From Candidatus Thorarchaeota archaeon (GTDB lineage: Archaea > Asgardarchaeota > Thorarchaeia > Thorarchaeales > Thorarchaeaceae), in contig SHMX01000007.1 of NCBI GenBank assembly GCA_008080745.1, positions 102,794 through 134,793 of the forward strand: DNA of 32,000 bases, read 5' to 3'. Within the stretch, counting starts at the first letter, position 1. The number at the start of each line of letters is the position of its first letter. Below the pieces are notes generated by a model. That model made no database searches. It had not been told where the DNA came from and worked only from the letters and a program-made list of their open reading frames with translations. A program made the position numbers and the translations under genes. This document shows, one piece after another, positions 8,809 to 17,040 of the stretch.

Positions 8809-9983
8809 TCACTCAAGCAATCTATATTGTGATGTGACTAGTTTCCAGAGAAGGTCAGGATTGTCACTCGAGATGTTGGTCCCCTTGTTTGCAAGATAGC
8901 TCCATCCGAATAATGAGTCCACTCCTGTATTTTCATACTCTGGTATCAATGTAGCAACCTCCTCCTCTTTTCCTCTTGGTAGTCGAAACATCTGCAACCA
9001 GAGCTGATTCTTCTTCCCGTGCGTTCTTGCAATCGAAATAGTTCTCTGTGCAATATCCAATGCCCAATCTCGTGTCTTTCCAAAAACATGGTAATATGGA
9101 TCCGTGCTGAACATGTCTACTGTGGGCATAGCAGCTATTCTGTTCCAGTCTATGGTACAAAGGTTGGCCCCTCAATAGGTAGAACACAAACAGCAACCTC
9201 TGTTGACGTACTGGCAGACTTTATGGCTCTACAGGTATCGTTTAGGAACCGGAGCATGCTCTCTTCTCGAAATTTTTCAATCCGTTTAGAATAGTCAAAG
9301 GACATTGGTTCGGAGTATAATCTCTCATATTCAACTTGACATTCTTCACAGACGCATGTGAACTCGGATTCTGCAAGGAGGGGATAATAGTGTGGCTCAT
9401 CGAGAAAGACGCCATCAATCTTGGAATCTGCTACAGTTCTCTCAACAACCTCAAAAAAATATGAGTGAAACTCGCTACTGTTGATACATGCAGCGGGCAC
9501 CGCCTCTCTCGATTCAGCCGTAATCTGTCGGTAGTGGTGATTGTGATGTAGAAATTGAGAATATGTTTCATCACCAAACACACCACCAAATGCCCAGAAA
9601 TTTAATCAGACCTTCAATCCCACATCTCTGGCTCTATCGATGATCTCGAGCATATTGGGGTTGCAAACAGCTGTTGAAAACTTGGACATTGTTGGACAGG
9701 ATCTGATAGCAGCTTATATAGGGTGATACAGGATGAAGGTCTGGTCTACAGACATGGCATCCCTGACCAGGACAGAGTTTCACCCAGTACCGTTGCCTGG
9801 GAGGACACCGCTCTGATGTCCAAGTTTGTCCATAAACAATGAACGGTACCAATAATCCAGATCGTGTTCGGATGCTGCAATCAAAACCGAATTACAGTTG
9901 TGACTGAACATATCTTCAAAATCTGCCTGTGCATGTCTTGGTTGTTTGGAATGATGCCATGCAAATCCACGTTCCAATTCCAA
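8809..9983 (-). pseudogene. Disrupted TIM-barrel glycoside-hydrolase-like gene
   Basis: Three ORF-track fragments (9780-9983, 9150-9581, 8809-9129) join into one protein: ERGFAWHH..SEHDLDYWY|PNMLEII..KV*LNFWAFGGVFG..GVFLDEPHY..CVCEEC..DWNRIAA..FSTDPYY. Lesions are a 186-nt insertion (9660-9845), an in-frame TGA at 9606-9608 and a 1-nt frameshift near 9150-9160. Confidence 0.75.
9662..9844. mobile_element. Putative non-autonomous (MITE-like) 183-bp insertion
   Basis: Flanked by direct repeat GGT (9659-9661, 9845-9847). Perfect 12-bp subterminal inverted repeat AAACTTGGACAT (9678-9689) / ATGTCCAAGTTT (9816-9827). Removing it plus one repeat restores TGG TAC CCC AAT in the host frame. Confidence 0.55.
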
Positions 9984-9987
9984 CCAC

Positions 9988-11724
9988 CTAGAGATATTCT
10001 GAGGCCTCTAATTGCGCAAGTTTCACTCCTGCCTTGAAACTGTAACTTCTGTATAGCCTCAGGGAGATCAGAGCAAAGACTGGTAGTAGCAGATAGAGGG
10101 CAAGAATTCCAACCAGCAATCCGTAGACTGTTGCAATGAATGTCGAACCAAGTACCAATCCAAAGAGTCCCATGTATCCATATGCATTAGGAATCAGCTG
10201 TGCCTTGATAATAGCCAATCCCTTGATTGGTGGTCTCACCGCAGCTCCTCTCTGGCGTGTGAACATTCTCTCAGCCTTGAAGTCCCCATTGCTTGCCCCT
10301 GCATTGGCAGCTATTGCTCCAGCTACAAGGTTCACAAATATACATCCTATTACCATAGCTGGAATCTGGAACCATGTTGCAGGGAGAAAGATCAGATAGA
10401 ATACTCCAACAATTGAGGCGGCAGCGATGGTAAACGGTACTGCACTCAGAACCTTTCCTTTCACATAATCTGACATATTCGCAGCAGCTAGTTGTAGATT
10501 CATGAGGTTCCTACCCTCATAGACGGTCTCGTATCCTGCGAAAGATACACCATATGAAACGGCAAGAGATACCAGAGCGGCAGTCAACATATATGGTAAA
10601 ATAAAGAGTAGTTCGTCACCCCATGCGAAAACGGGGAGTATCAACCATATCAGGTAGCGGAGAGGACCTAATAGATACTGAGTGAAGACCTTTGATTCCC
10701 GCTTTACCGAGGTGAGATTGTACCACATCGATACACTGGTCGTTATGCTCATTTGTAATCTTGGAAATGGATTGGGATTCCAAGGAGGATGCTCCTCAAG
10801 GACCTTTTCTTTGGGAGTACGTTTTGATTCGCTCCTCATCCAGCCGCTGTAATGTGCCAATTCACTCACATATGAATTGAGATACAGCAGGCCTCCTGCA
10901 CTCAGAGGTATCAGTAATGTAGCAAAGAAATGCTGAATCGATAGCGGAGCTCCTACCAGAAGACCTAAGGTCATCACGCTGACGTAATAGCCTGGAGTCA
11001 GGTCTGATGCGAATCCTAGAGCCATGGCGATATCGATTATTTGATTAAACCACCCCGCACCTTCCCCCAGGTAAATGCTGGCATACCAGAGCGAGCCAAC
11101 GACAATTCCTAGAGAGGTCATAATCGCCCAGCCAATCTGTTTCAATCTTCTCCGTCCAGCCAGCACCTTCGCAAATGCCAAGCCAAGGAGGCCTCCTATA
11201 GACGTTCCAATAGTCACCTCTGATAGAACTAATATCACAAATGCGAGAATAGAGAGGTATCCAATTGGATGAGCTGCTAAAATACTGAATCCAATAATGA
11301 TAGGTGTTCCAATAACCAACCAGAAGATGGAACTGTAGATGATAAGCAGGAGATATTTCTCCATGAATATGGTCCGCATCTCAACAGGCATCACCAAGAG
11401 ATACTCCATCCTCTCACTATTACCTACAGTGGTTGCAGCAAACATGATGGAGCCGAGAAACGCAAACAATAGTATTGCATTAAAGATGGTAGAACCCAGT
11501 CCAAGATTCTCAGATACTATTTGGGAGATCACATCCCATCCTATGATAGGTCCAATCCAAAGGACGGCAGCAATAATGATTACCCCAACGACGATACCAC
11601 CTATTGTCCAGAGTATGGGTCTGTTAAGGGTCTTCTTTTCAGTCCGTGCTCCCTTAGCCCCTCTCATCCTGTAGTTCTGGGTGATATCCTGTCGCAGGAG
11701 TGTGATGAGTTCTGATATCGTCAC
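9988..11724 (-). CDS. ABC exporter permease (multi-TM)
   Basis: Many hydrophobic helices and ERMEYLLVMPV, typical of ABC-2-type permeases. GTG start overlaps the ATPase stop. Confidence 0.75.
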   Translation of the reverse strand: MTISELITLLRQDITQNYRMRGAKGARTEKKTLNRPILWTIGGIVVGVIIIAAVLWIGPIIGWDVISQIVSENLGLGSTIFNAILLFAFLGSIMFAATTVGNSERMEYLLVMPVEMRTIFMEKYLLLIIYSSIFWLVIGTPIIIGFSILAAHPIGYLSILAFVILVLSEVTIGTSIGGLLGLAFAKVLAGRRRLKQIGWAIMTSLGIVVGSLWYASIYLGEGAGWFNQIIDIAMALGFASDLTPGYYVSVMTLGLLVGAPLSIQHFFATLLIPLSAGGLLYLNSYVSELAHYSGWMRSESKRTPKEKVLEEHPPWNPNPFPRLQMSITTSVSMWYNLTSVKRESKVFTQYLLGPLRYLIWLILPVFAWGDELLFILPYMLTAALVSLAVSYGVSFAGYETVYEGRNLMNLQLAAANMSDYVKGKVLSAVPFTIAAASIVGVFYLIFLPATWFQIPAMVIGCIFVNLVAGAIAANAGASNGDFKAERMFTRQRGAAVRPPIKGLAIIKAQLIPNAYGYMGLFGLVLGSTFIATVYGLLVGILALYLLLPVFALISLRLYRSYSFKAGVKLAQLEASEYL

Positions 11725-12497
11725 ATCATCTCACCTGATTCCTCACCCAAAAATTGAGCAATGAGTTGCATGTCTGGACCCCCTGTTAAGGTAAGAAATA
11801 TTTCTTCAAGACTACTCTGACCTTGAGCCTGGACCTTTAGTTCATCCATAGCTCCCTCTGCAACCATTTCTCCTTCGTTGATTATACCAATTCGGTCACA
11901 CATCTGTTCTGCAATCTCCAGAACATGGGTGGACATTAGAATGGTTGCACCTCGTGATCGAAGTCCATTGAGTATCTCTTTGATGGTCGCTGCTCCTCGT
12001 GGATCGATTCCAGCTTGTACCTCATCCAAAATCAGCACCTGTGGCTTATGAACCAGTGCTGCTACCAGGCTGATTTTTCGTGACATACCTTTTGAGTAGG
12101 TCTCAATCAAGTCATCACTTGCATCCTTGATATCAAGAAGGGTGAGTAGCTCTTCAATGTCTTCCTCTCGTTCAACTCCTCGTGGAACTTTCCATATGTC
12201 GCTCACATAGTTGACATACTCCCAACCCGTGAGTCGTTCGGGAAGCACAGGCTCTTCTGGAACATATCCCATAACCTTCTTTGCTTTCACAATCTCCTTC
12301 TTTATATCATGTCCATTGACACGAGCAGTTCCTTCAGTGGGCCTAAGAAGTCCAAGAATCATACGCATCGTTGTGGACTTACCACTTCCATTAGGACCCA
12401 AAAGTCCATAGATCTCACCTGGGTTAACGGTAAAGGAGAGTCCCTTAACTGCAGTAAATTCGTTGAAGACTTTTGTCAATGTAAGGACTTCAATCAT
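11721..12497 (-). CDS. ABC transporter ATP-binding protein
   Basis: Walker A GPNGSGKST, signature YSKGM, Walker B LILDE, H-loop STH. Likely start ATG12497 (MIEV); the ORF track extends to 12578. Confidence 0.95.
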   Translation of the reverse strand: MIEVLTLTKVFNEFTAVKGLSFTVNPGEIYGLLGPNGSGKSTTMRMILGLLRPTEGTARVNGHDIKKEIVKAKKVMGYVPEEPVLPERLTGWEYVNYVSDIWKVPRGVEREEDIEELLTLLDIKDASDDLIETYSKGMSRKISLVAALVHKPQVLILDEVQAGIDPRGAATIKEILNGLRSRGATILMSTHVLEIAEQMCDRIGIINEGEMVAEGAMDELKVQAQGQSSLEEIFLTLTGGPDMQLIAQFLGEESGEMM

Positions 12498-12610
12498 CAG
12501 AATCAAGCTTTCAGAGATTCCGAATGGATTTATTCTTTCGGATGAATGTAGTTTAGTACAAAGGCATAACTTATACATGTAGTTCGATATGATGAGTCTG
12601 TGTCATAGCG

Positions 12611-13228
12611 ATGTCTGAAGATCCCTCTGAAGTTGTGGTACTGGGTTTTGGAGATAGTCTGACCGCCGGTACCCCTGGATACGACCCTCATTTTGGTGGC
12701 GACAACAAGTCACAGTATGGTTTCTGGCTCACACTTGCAGCACGAGACATGGGGATCCCAGTACAATTTGATAATAGGGGTGTACCGGGGGATCTTGTCG
12801 CCTCAATGCTTTCTCGTTTACAAAAGACCTTGTTGATGAATCGTTATGACGTCGCTATCATTGTGGGCGGAACTAATGATCTTGGTTGGGGGCAAAGTCC
12901 TACAAAGATACTGGCTCTCTTGGAGAAGTTATGGTTCACGTGTCTAGAATCTGTTCCGCGATTAGTCGTATCTACTATCCCTCCCATCAGGACTCCCTCT
13001 CCTATGTTGGACTCTGCACGCAATGAACTGAATAATATGATACTTGACCGAGTGGGTACTGAACCCAATACCATCGCAGTAGACCTTTTCACCGCTATGT
13101 CTGATGAGTCAGGTCTGCTCCGTGGACCTTTTGATTCTGGAGATGGACTACATTTCAGTGTGAAGGGTTATCAGAGAATGGGTGAAGTACTCTGGGAAGC
13201 GGGTGTCAAACAACTTCTGGGTGCATAA
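12611..13228 (+). CDS. SGNH/GDSL hydrolase (TesA-like esterase/thioesterase)
   Basis: Block I FGDSLT, block II NRGVPG, block III GGTND, block V DGLH. Confidence 0.9.
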   Translation: MSEDPSEVVVLGFGDSLTAGTPGYDPHFGGDNKSQYGFWLTLAARDMGIPVQFDNRGVPGDLVASMLSRLQKTLLMNRYDVAIIVGGTNDLGWGQSPTKILALLEKLWFTCLESVPRLVVSTIPPIRTPSPMLDSARNELNNMILDRVGTEPNTIAVDLFTAMSDESGLLRGPFDSGDGLHFSVKGYQRMGEVLWEAGVKQLLGA

Positions 13229-13262
13229 TTCTTTCAGATTGTTTCTATTATCGTGTTGTTAA

Positions 13263-14441
13263 TTGGAAATTGTAATAAGTACGAATGACTCGCCAAAGCA
13301 CGTGACCGACATGAAGACCAGTAGCAAATCTCCTGTCGAGGAACTCTCTCTTAGCAAAGAATCACCTGCCTATATGCGAACCAGTCTTGCAGCCGCAATG
13401 ACCATGAAGAAGATGTCAGGAAGATTCTATCGTGATACTGAGCTCTATTGTGTGAACTTGCTCTTGACGTATGATGATGGTTGTCATGCAAAGTGTGCTT
13501 ATTGTGGCCTCTCCGGCTCTCGAGAGACTGAAACTGAATGGACCGATAATAGTTTCATTCGAGTTGATTGGCCCATCTATTCTCTCGATGAGATAAAAAC
13601 CGCTCTTGTTGACGGTACGTGTCCTCATGTCGAACGTGTCTGTATCTCTATGATTACTCTAGGAAGGGCAAGAGATGACTGTATCACTGTAGTGGAAGAA
13701 TTGAGGAAAGTCATTCCAAGAATCTCTATTCTAATTACTCCTACAATCATAAATCGAGAATGGCTTCAGAGGGCAAAAGATGCTGGTGCAGATATGGTGG
13801 GGATAGCCGTTGACGCTGCGACACCTGAACTATTCGATGAACTGCGAGGAAATGGTGTTCGTGGCCCTCATAAGTGGGATAAATACTGGAAGACTATTCA
13901 CGAGGCTGTCGAAGTGTTTGGTGAAGAGAATGTAGGTATCCACCTAATTGTTGGTATAGGTGAAACAGAACAAGAGATTCTCAAGACCATTCAACAAGCT
14001 CAGAGTCTGGGAGCTGATACTCATCTCTTTTCATTCTTTCCTGAGGAAGGGTCTGATATGGAGTCCCTGCCTCAACCACCTCTTGGTGGTTACAGAAGGG
14101 TTCAGCTTGGCCGATACATCATAAATTACGGTCATGGATCCTTTTCAGAGATGACGTTCAATGAACAGGGTCAACTGACCGATTTTGGTGTTGAGAGTTC
14201 TCTATATGATCGGCTGGTTGATGCTGGTGATGCGTTCATGACCTCTGGATGTAGGGGTGAAACAATGGAGAATGCCTGTAATCGTCCCTTTGGAAATTGT
14301 ACTCCCTATCAAGCCTCAATTGGACATTGGAGAAATTTTCCCATCCAACCCAATGAAGACGATATCAAAAAGATTCGTGAACAATTAAATGACTACTCTC
14401 TTACCTATGAGGTGGATGACTTCTACATTGAAGACGATTGA
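13263..14441 (+). CDS. lipS2: Radical SAM lipoyl synthase component, LipS2-like
   Basis: CX3CX2C (CHAKCAYC). C-terminal TSGC...CNRP matches the TxGCPxC(N/D)RP motif described for Thermococcus LipS2. Next to lipoate ligases. Probable start ATG13311. Confidence 0.75.
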   Translation: MEIVISTNDSPKHVTDMKTSSKSPVEELSLSKESPAYMRTSLAAAMTMKKMSGRFYRDTELYCVNLLLTYDDGCHAKCAYCGLSGSRETETEWTDNSFIRVDWPIYSLDEIKTALVDGTCPHVERVCISMITLGRARDDCITVVEELRKVIPRISILITPTIINREWLQRAKDAGADMVGIAVDAATPELFDELRGNGVRGPHKWDKYWKTIHEAVEVFGEENVGIHLIVGIGETEQEILKTIQQAQSLGADTHLFSFFPEEGSDMESLPQPPLGGYRRVQLGRYIINYGHGSFSEMTFNEQGQLTDFGVESSLYDRLVDAGDAFMTSGCRGETMENACNRPFGNCTPYQASIGHWRNFPIQPNEDDIKKIREQLNDYSLTYEVDDFYIEDD

Positions 14442-15429
14442 TGATATCATCTCACGATGTTTCTCAGCACCTCTTGGTGAACTCGAATCCCTCTCTGAGG
14501 TAGCCTTTGATGCATCACGAAGACAGTTCAATAACAAGATATTCTTCTATGCTCCAGGCATGGTGCACTATGAGACCGAGTTCCATCGTGCAGCGGACAA
14601 GTACCGCTTTCCTAGTATATCCATTACTGGTGAGGGCTGTGCATTGAACTGTGAGCATTGTAATGGTCAACTCCTCACCACTATGCATGCAGCCACCACT
14701 CCTGACGCCCTCTGGAACTTTGCTCTGGAGATTCACAGACATGAAGGTACGGGGTGTCTTATCAGCGGAGGCTCTACACCTAGTGGTAACACACCACTCA
14801 TCCCCTTTATTCCTATAATTAAAAGAATGAAGGAAGAACTTGACCTGGATATTGTTGTGCATACTGGTCTGGTTCTTCCTGAGATTGCTGAGGCTCTTGG
14901 TACTTGTGGAATTGATGGTGCCATGCTGGATATCATCGGTTCCAACAGCACACTTCGTGAGATCTATCATTTGAATCTATCAATAGAAGTCTTTGATATG
15001 TCCATGCAGCATCTTCAAGACTACAATATTCCATTCATTCCACATATCATCGCAGGTCTTCATCATGGTCGTCTGCTGGGTGAAGACCGAGCAATCAAGA
15101 TGATAGCTAAATATAATCCACATTCAGTTGTGGTGGTTGCGTTCATGCCTTTGGAGAACACCCCCATGTCGGATGTGACTCCAGCAAGTCCGAGTGATAT
15201 CATGCGGGTTATTCTTGCCACCCGTTTTGCTATTCCCGATAGACCATTGGTGTTGGGATGTGCTCGCCCGTTAGGTGAGCACCGCAGAGAACTTGACCAA
15301 CTTGCCATTGACGTTGGAGTAAATGGTATCGCATATCCCACTGAGGAGGGGTACCAATATGCAAATGATAGAGGATTATCTATTCAGTATACTGACCAAT
15401 GTTGTTCACTTATTTATCGAGAATTCTAA
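14389..15429 (+). CDS. lipS1: Radical SAM lipoyl synthase component, LipS1-like
   Basis: CX3CX2C (CALNCEHC), GCAR and terminal CC motifs described for Thermococcus LipS1. True start probably ATG14416 or TTG14428 (GAGGTG SD). Confidence 0.75.
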   Translation: MTTLLPMRWMTSTLKTIDDIISRCFSAPLGELESLSEVAFDASRRQFNNKIFFYAPGMVHYETEFHRAADKYRFPSISITGEGCALNCEHCNGQLLTTMHAATTPDALWNFALEIHRHEGTGCLISGGSTPSGNTPLIPFIPIIKRMKEELDLDIVVHTGLVLPEIAEALGTCGIDGAMLDIIGSNSTLREIYHLNLSIEVFDMSMQHLQDYNIPFIPHIIAGLHHGRLLGEDRAIKMIAKYNPHSVVVVAFMPLENTPMSDVTPASPSDIMRVILATRFAIPDRPLVLGCARPLGEHRRELDQLAIDVGVNGIAYPTEEGYQYANDRGLSIQYTDQCCSLIYREF

Positions 15430-15432
15430 GGA

Positions 15433-17040
15433 GTGAAGGCTATGAGTGATTGGCGATTACTTGACACAGGGGTTCTCAGCGGTGCTGAGAATATGGCTCT
15501 TGATGATGTGATACTTGAATGTCGGTCAGAAAATGAGACCCCTAATACAGTGAGATTTCTTCAGTTCAACCCCTCCACAGTGCTTGTAGGATATCATCAA
15601 TCCATTGAACAGGAGGTTCGATTAGAGTACTGTAATGCACATGACATTGGGATAAATAGACGGATAACTGGTGGAGGTGCGATTCTCTTCACTTCCTCGT
15701 GTCTGGGATGGGAGGTCTTTGCTGACAAATCAGCTCACAAGGTTAAGGAGCTCCGTCATGATCTCGATAAACTAGCCCGAAGAGTCTGTGAAGGGACTAT
15801 TTCTGGTCTGAAACGATTAGGCGTAGATGCTGAATTCAGACCTAAAAACGACATTGAGGTAGAAGGACGAAAAATCTCTGGTACTGGTGGAACTGAACGA
15901 GGGAACTCATTCATGTATCAGGGGACCTTACTCGTAGACTTTGATGTAGAGCTTATGCTTCGTTCTCTTCGTATTCCTGTGGAGAAATTACAGGATAAAG
16001 AAATCGAGAGTGTCAAGGAACGGGTGACCTGTCTAAAGTGGGAGCTTGGTCATGTCCCACCAATTGAAGAAATCAAAGCAGCTATCACAGCTGGATTTGA
16101 AGAGGTATTTGATATCTCCCTTAGACCTCAGGGTCTCCTCCCATGCGAACAAGAAATGTATGAGCAGCGCCTTCCTGAGTTTCAAGATGACGAGTGGATC
16201 TATCTGGTTCAACGACCGAAGAATACGGGTGGGCATGTGAACTCGATGCGCAAAACACCCGGTGGAATCGTCCGAGTGTCTATCAATCTTGACATTCCTG
16301 GTAACTTCATTATTGGGACCTTCATCACGGGGGATTTTCAGGTCTTTCCTCAGCGCGCTATCATGGACTTGGAGGCTCGATTAAAGAATGCCCCTGCTGA
16401 TGAAGACTCCATTAGAACTATCATTACTGGCTTCTTTCAAGAAACGGGAGCAAATGTTGTTGGAGTTGAACCAGAAGATTTCATCCAACTGATTATTGAG
16501 GCTGTGAAAAAGACAGTCTTTACGAAATATGGTATATCAGTCGAACAATCCAACTATCTTATGCCTGTCAACTTTATGCCGGATAGATTGGATGAACAGG
16601 TGTTTGATTATGTTCTTCTTCCATATTGTGCAAAGCTGATTGGATGCGACTATCGTTTTTCAGAAGGATGCGATACTTGTGGTGCTTGTACTATCAGTCC
16701 AGTCTACGAACTGGTTAAGGATCTAGGAGTGGCAGTCAGGACCATTCAGAACTACGAGGACCTCATCGAGACCATTGATGAGTTTCGGAAAAAGGGGGCT
16801 CGTGGATATATCGGCTCCTGCTGTGATGCATTTCGAAGTAAGCATCATTACGACTTTGTGGAGACTGGTGTGCCTGCCCTTCTGATTGATGTTGATGACT
16901 CGACCTGCTATGATCTAGGTGAAGAACAAGATGCGTACGCTGGAGATTTCCAGGGTCAGACAACTCTTAAACTCGATTTGTTGATGCATATCATTCAAGA
17001 GATGTGGAATAGGGGCATCCTTAGAAATGAGGTGCACTGA
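15433..17040 (+). CDS. Lipoate-protein ligase (LplA+LplB domains) fused to a C-terminal Cys-rich DUF116-like domain
   Basis: WRLLDTG..GAENMALD, RRITGGGA, NDIEVEGRKISGTG, accessory domain GDF. Tail LPYCAK..C..CDTCGAC..GSCC. Probable start ATG15442. Confidence 0.85.
   Translation: MKAMSDWRLLDTGVLSGAENMALDDVILECRSENETPNTVRFLQFNPSTVLVGYHQSIEQEVRLEYCNAHDIGINRRITGGGAILFTSSCLGWEVFADKSAHKVKELRHDLDKLARRVCEGTISGLKRLGVDAEFRPKNDIEVEGRKISGTGGTERGNSFMYQGTLLVDFDVELMLRSLRIPVEKLQDKEIESVKERVTCLKWELGHVPPIEEIKAAITAGFEEVFDISLRPQGLLPCEQEMYEQRLPEFQDDEWIYLVQRPKNTGGHVNSMRKTPGGIVRVSINLDIPGNFIIGTFITGDFQVFPQRAIMDLEARLKNAPADEDSIRTIITGFFQETGANVVGVEPEDFIQLIIEAVKKTVFTKYGISVEQSNYLMPVNFMPDRLDEQVFDYVLLPYCAKLIGCDYRFSEGCDTCGACTISPVYELVKDLGVAVRTIQNYEDLIETIDEFRKKGARGYIGSCCDAFRSKHHYDFVETGVPALLIDVDDSTCYDLGEEQDAYAGDFQGQTTLKLDLLMHIIQEMWNRGILRNEVH

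Noticed and set aside
9606-9608. Selenocysteine or other TGA recoding
   Set aside because: The context implies a former Trp, not Cys. The gene has other lesions, and TGA is a normal stop elsewhere in the window.
9760-9820. SAM-I-like riboswitch on the minus strand (AUCAGAG..GGCAAC..GGUG)
   Set aside because: The P2 kink-turn/pseudoknot segment is missing and P3 cannot pair as required; the resemblance is superficial.
9660-9847. Group I or group II intron
   Set aside because: No frame-restoring register has both exon-terminal U and intron-terminal G, there is no GUGYG start or recognisable domain V, and the insert is very short.
9634-9852. Cys-rich 72-aa minus-strand ORF spanning the insert
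   Set aside because: It starts and ends in host-gene sequence in another frame, and has no SD or recognisable family. It is probably incidental.
9653-9854. Canonical bulge-helix-bulge archaeal intron
   Set aside because: I tested all four frame-restoring junction registers. None gives a 4-bp central helix between 3-nt bulges, although the flanks do pair.
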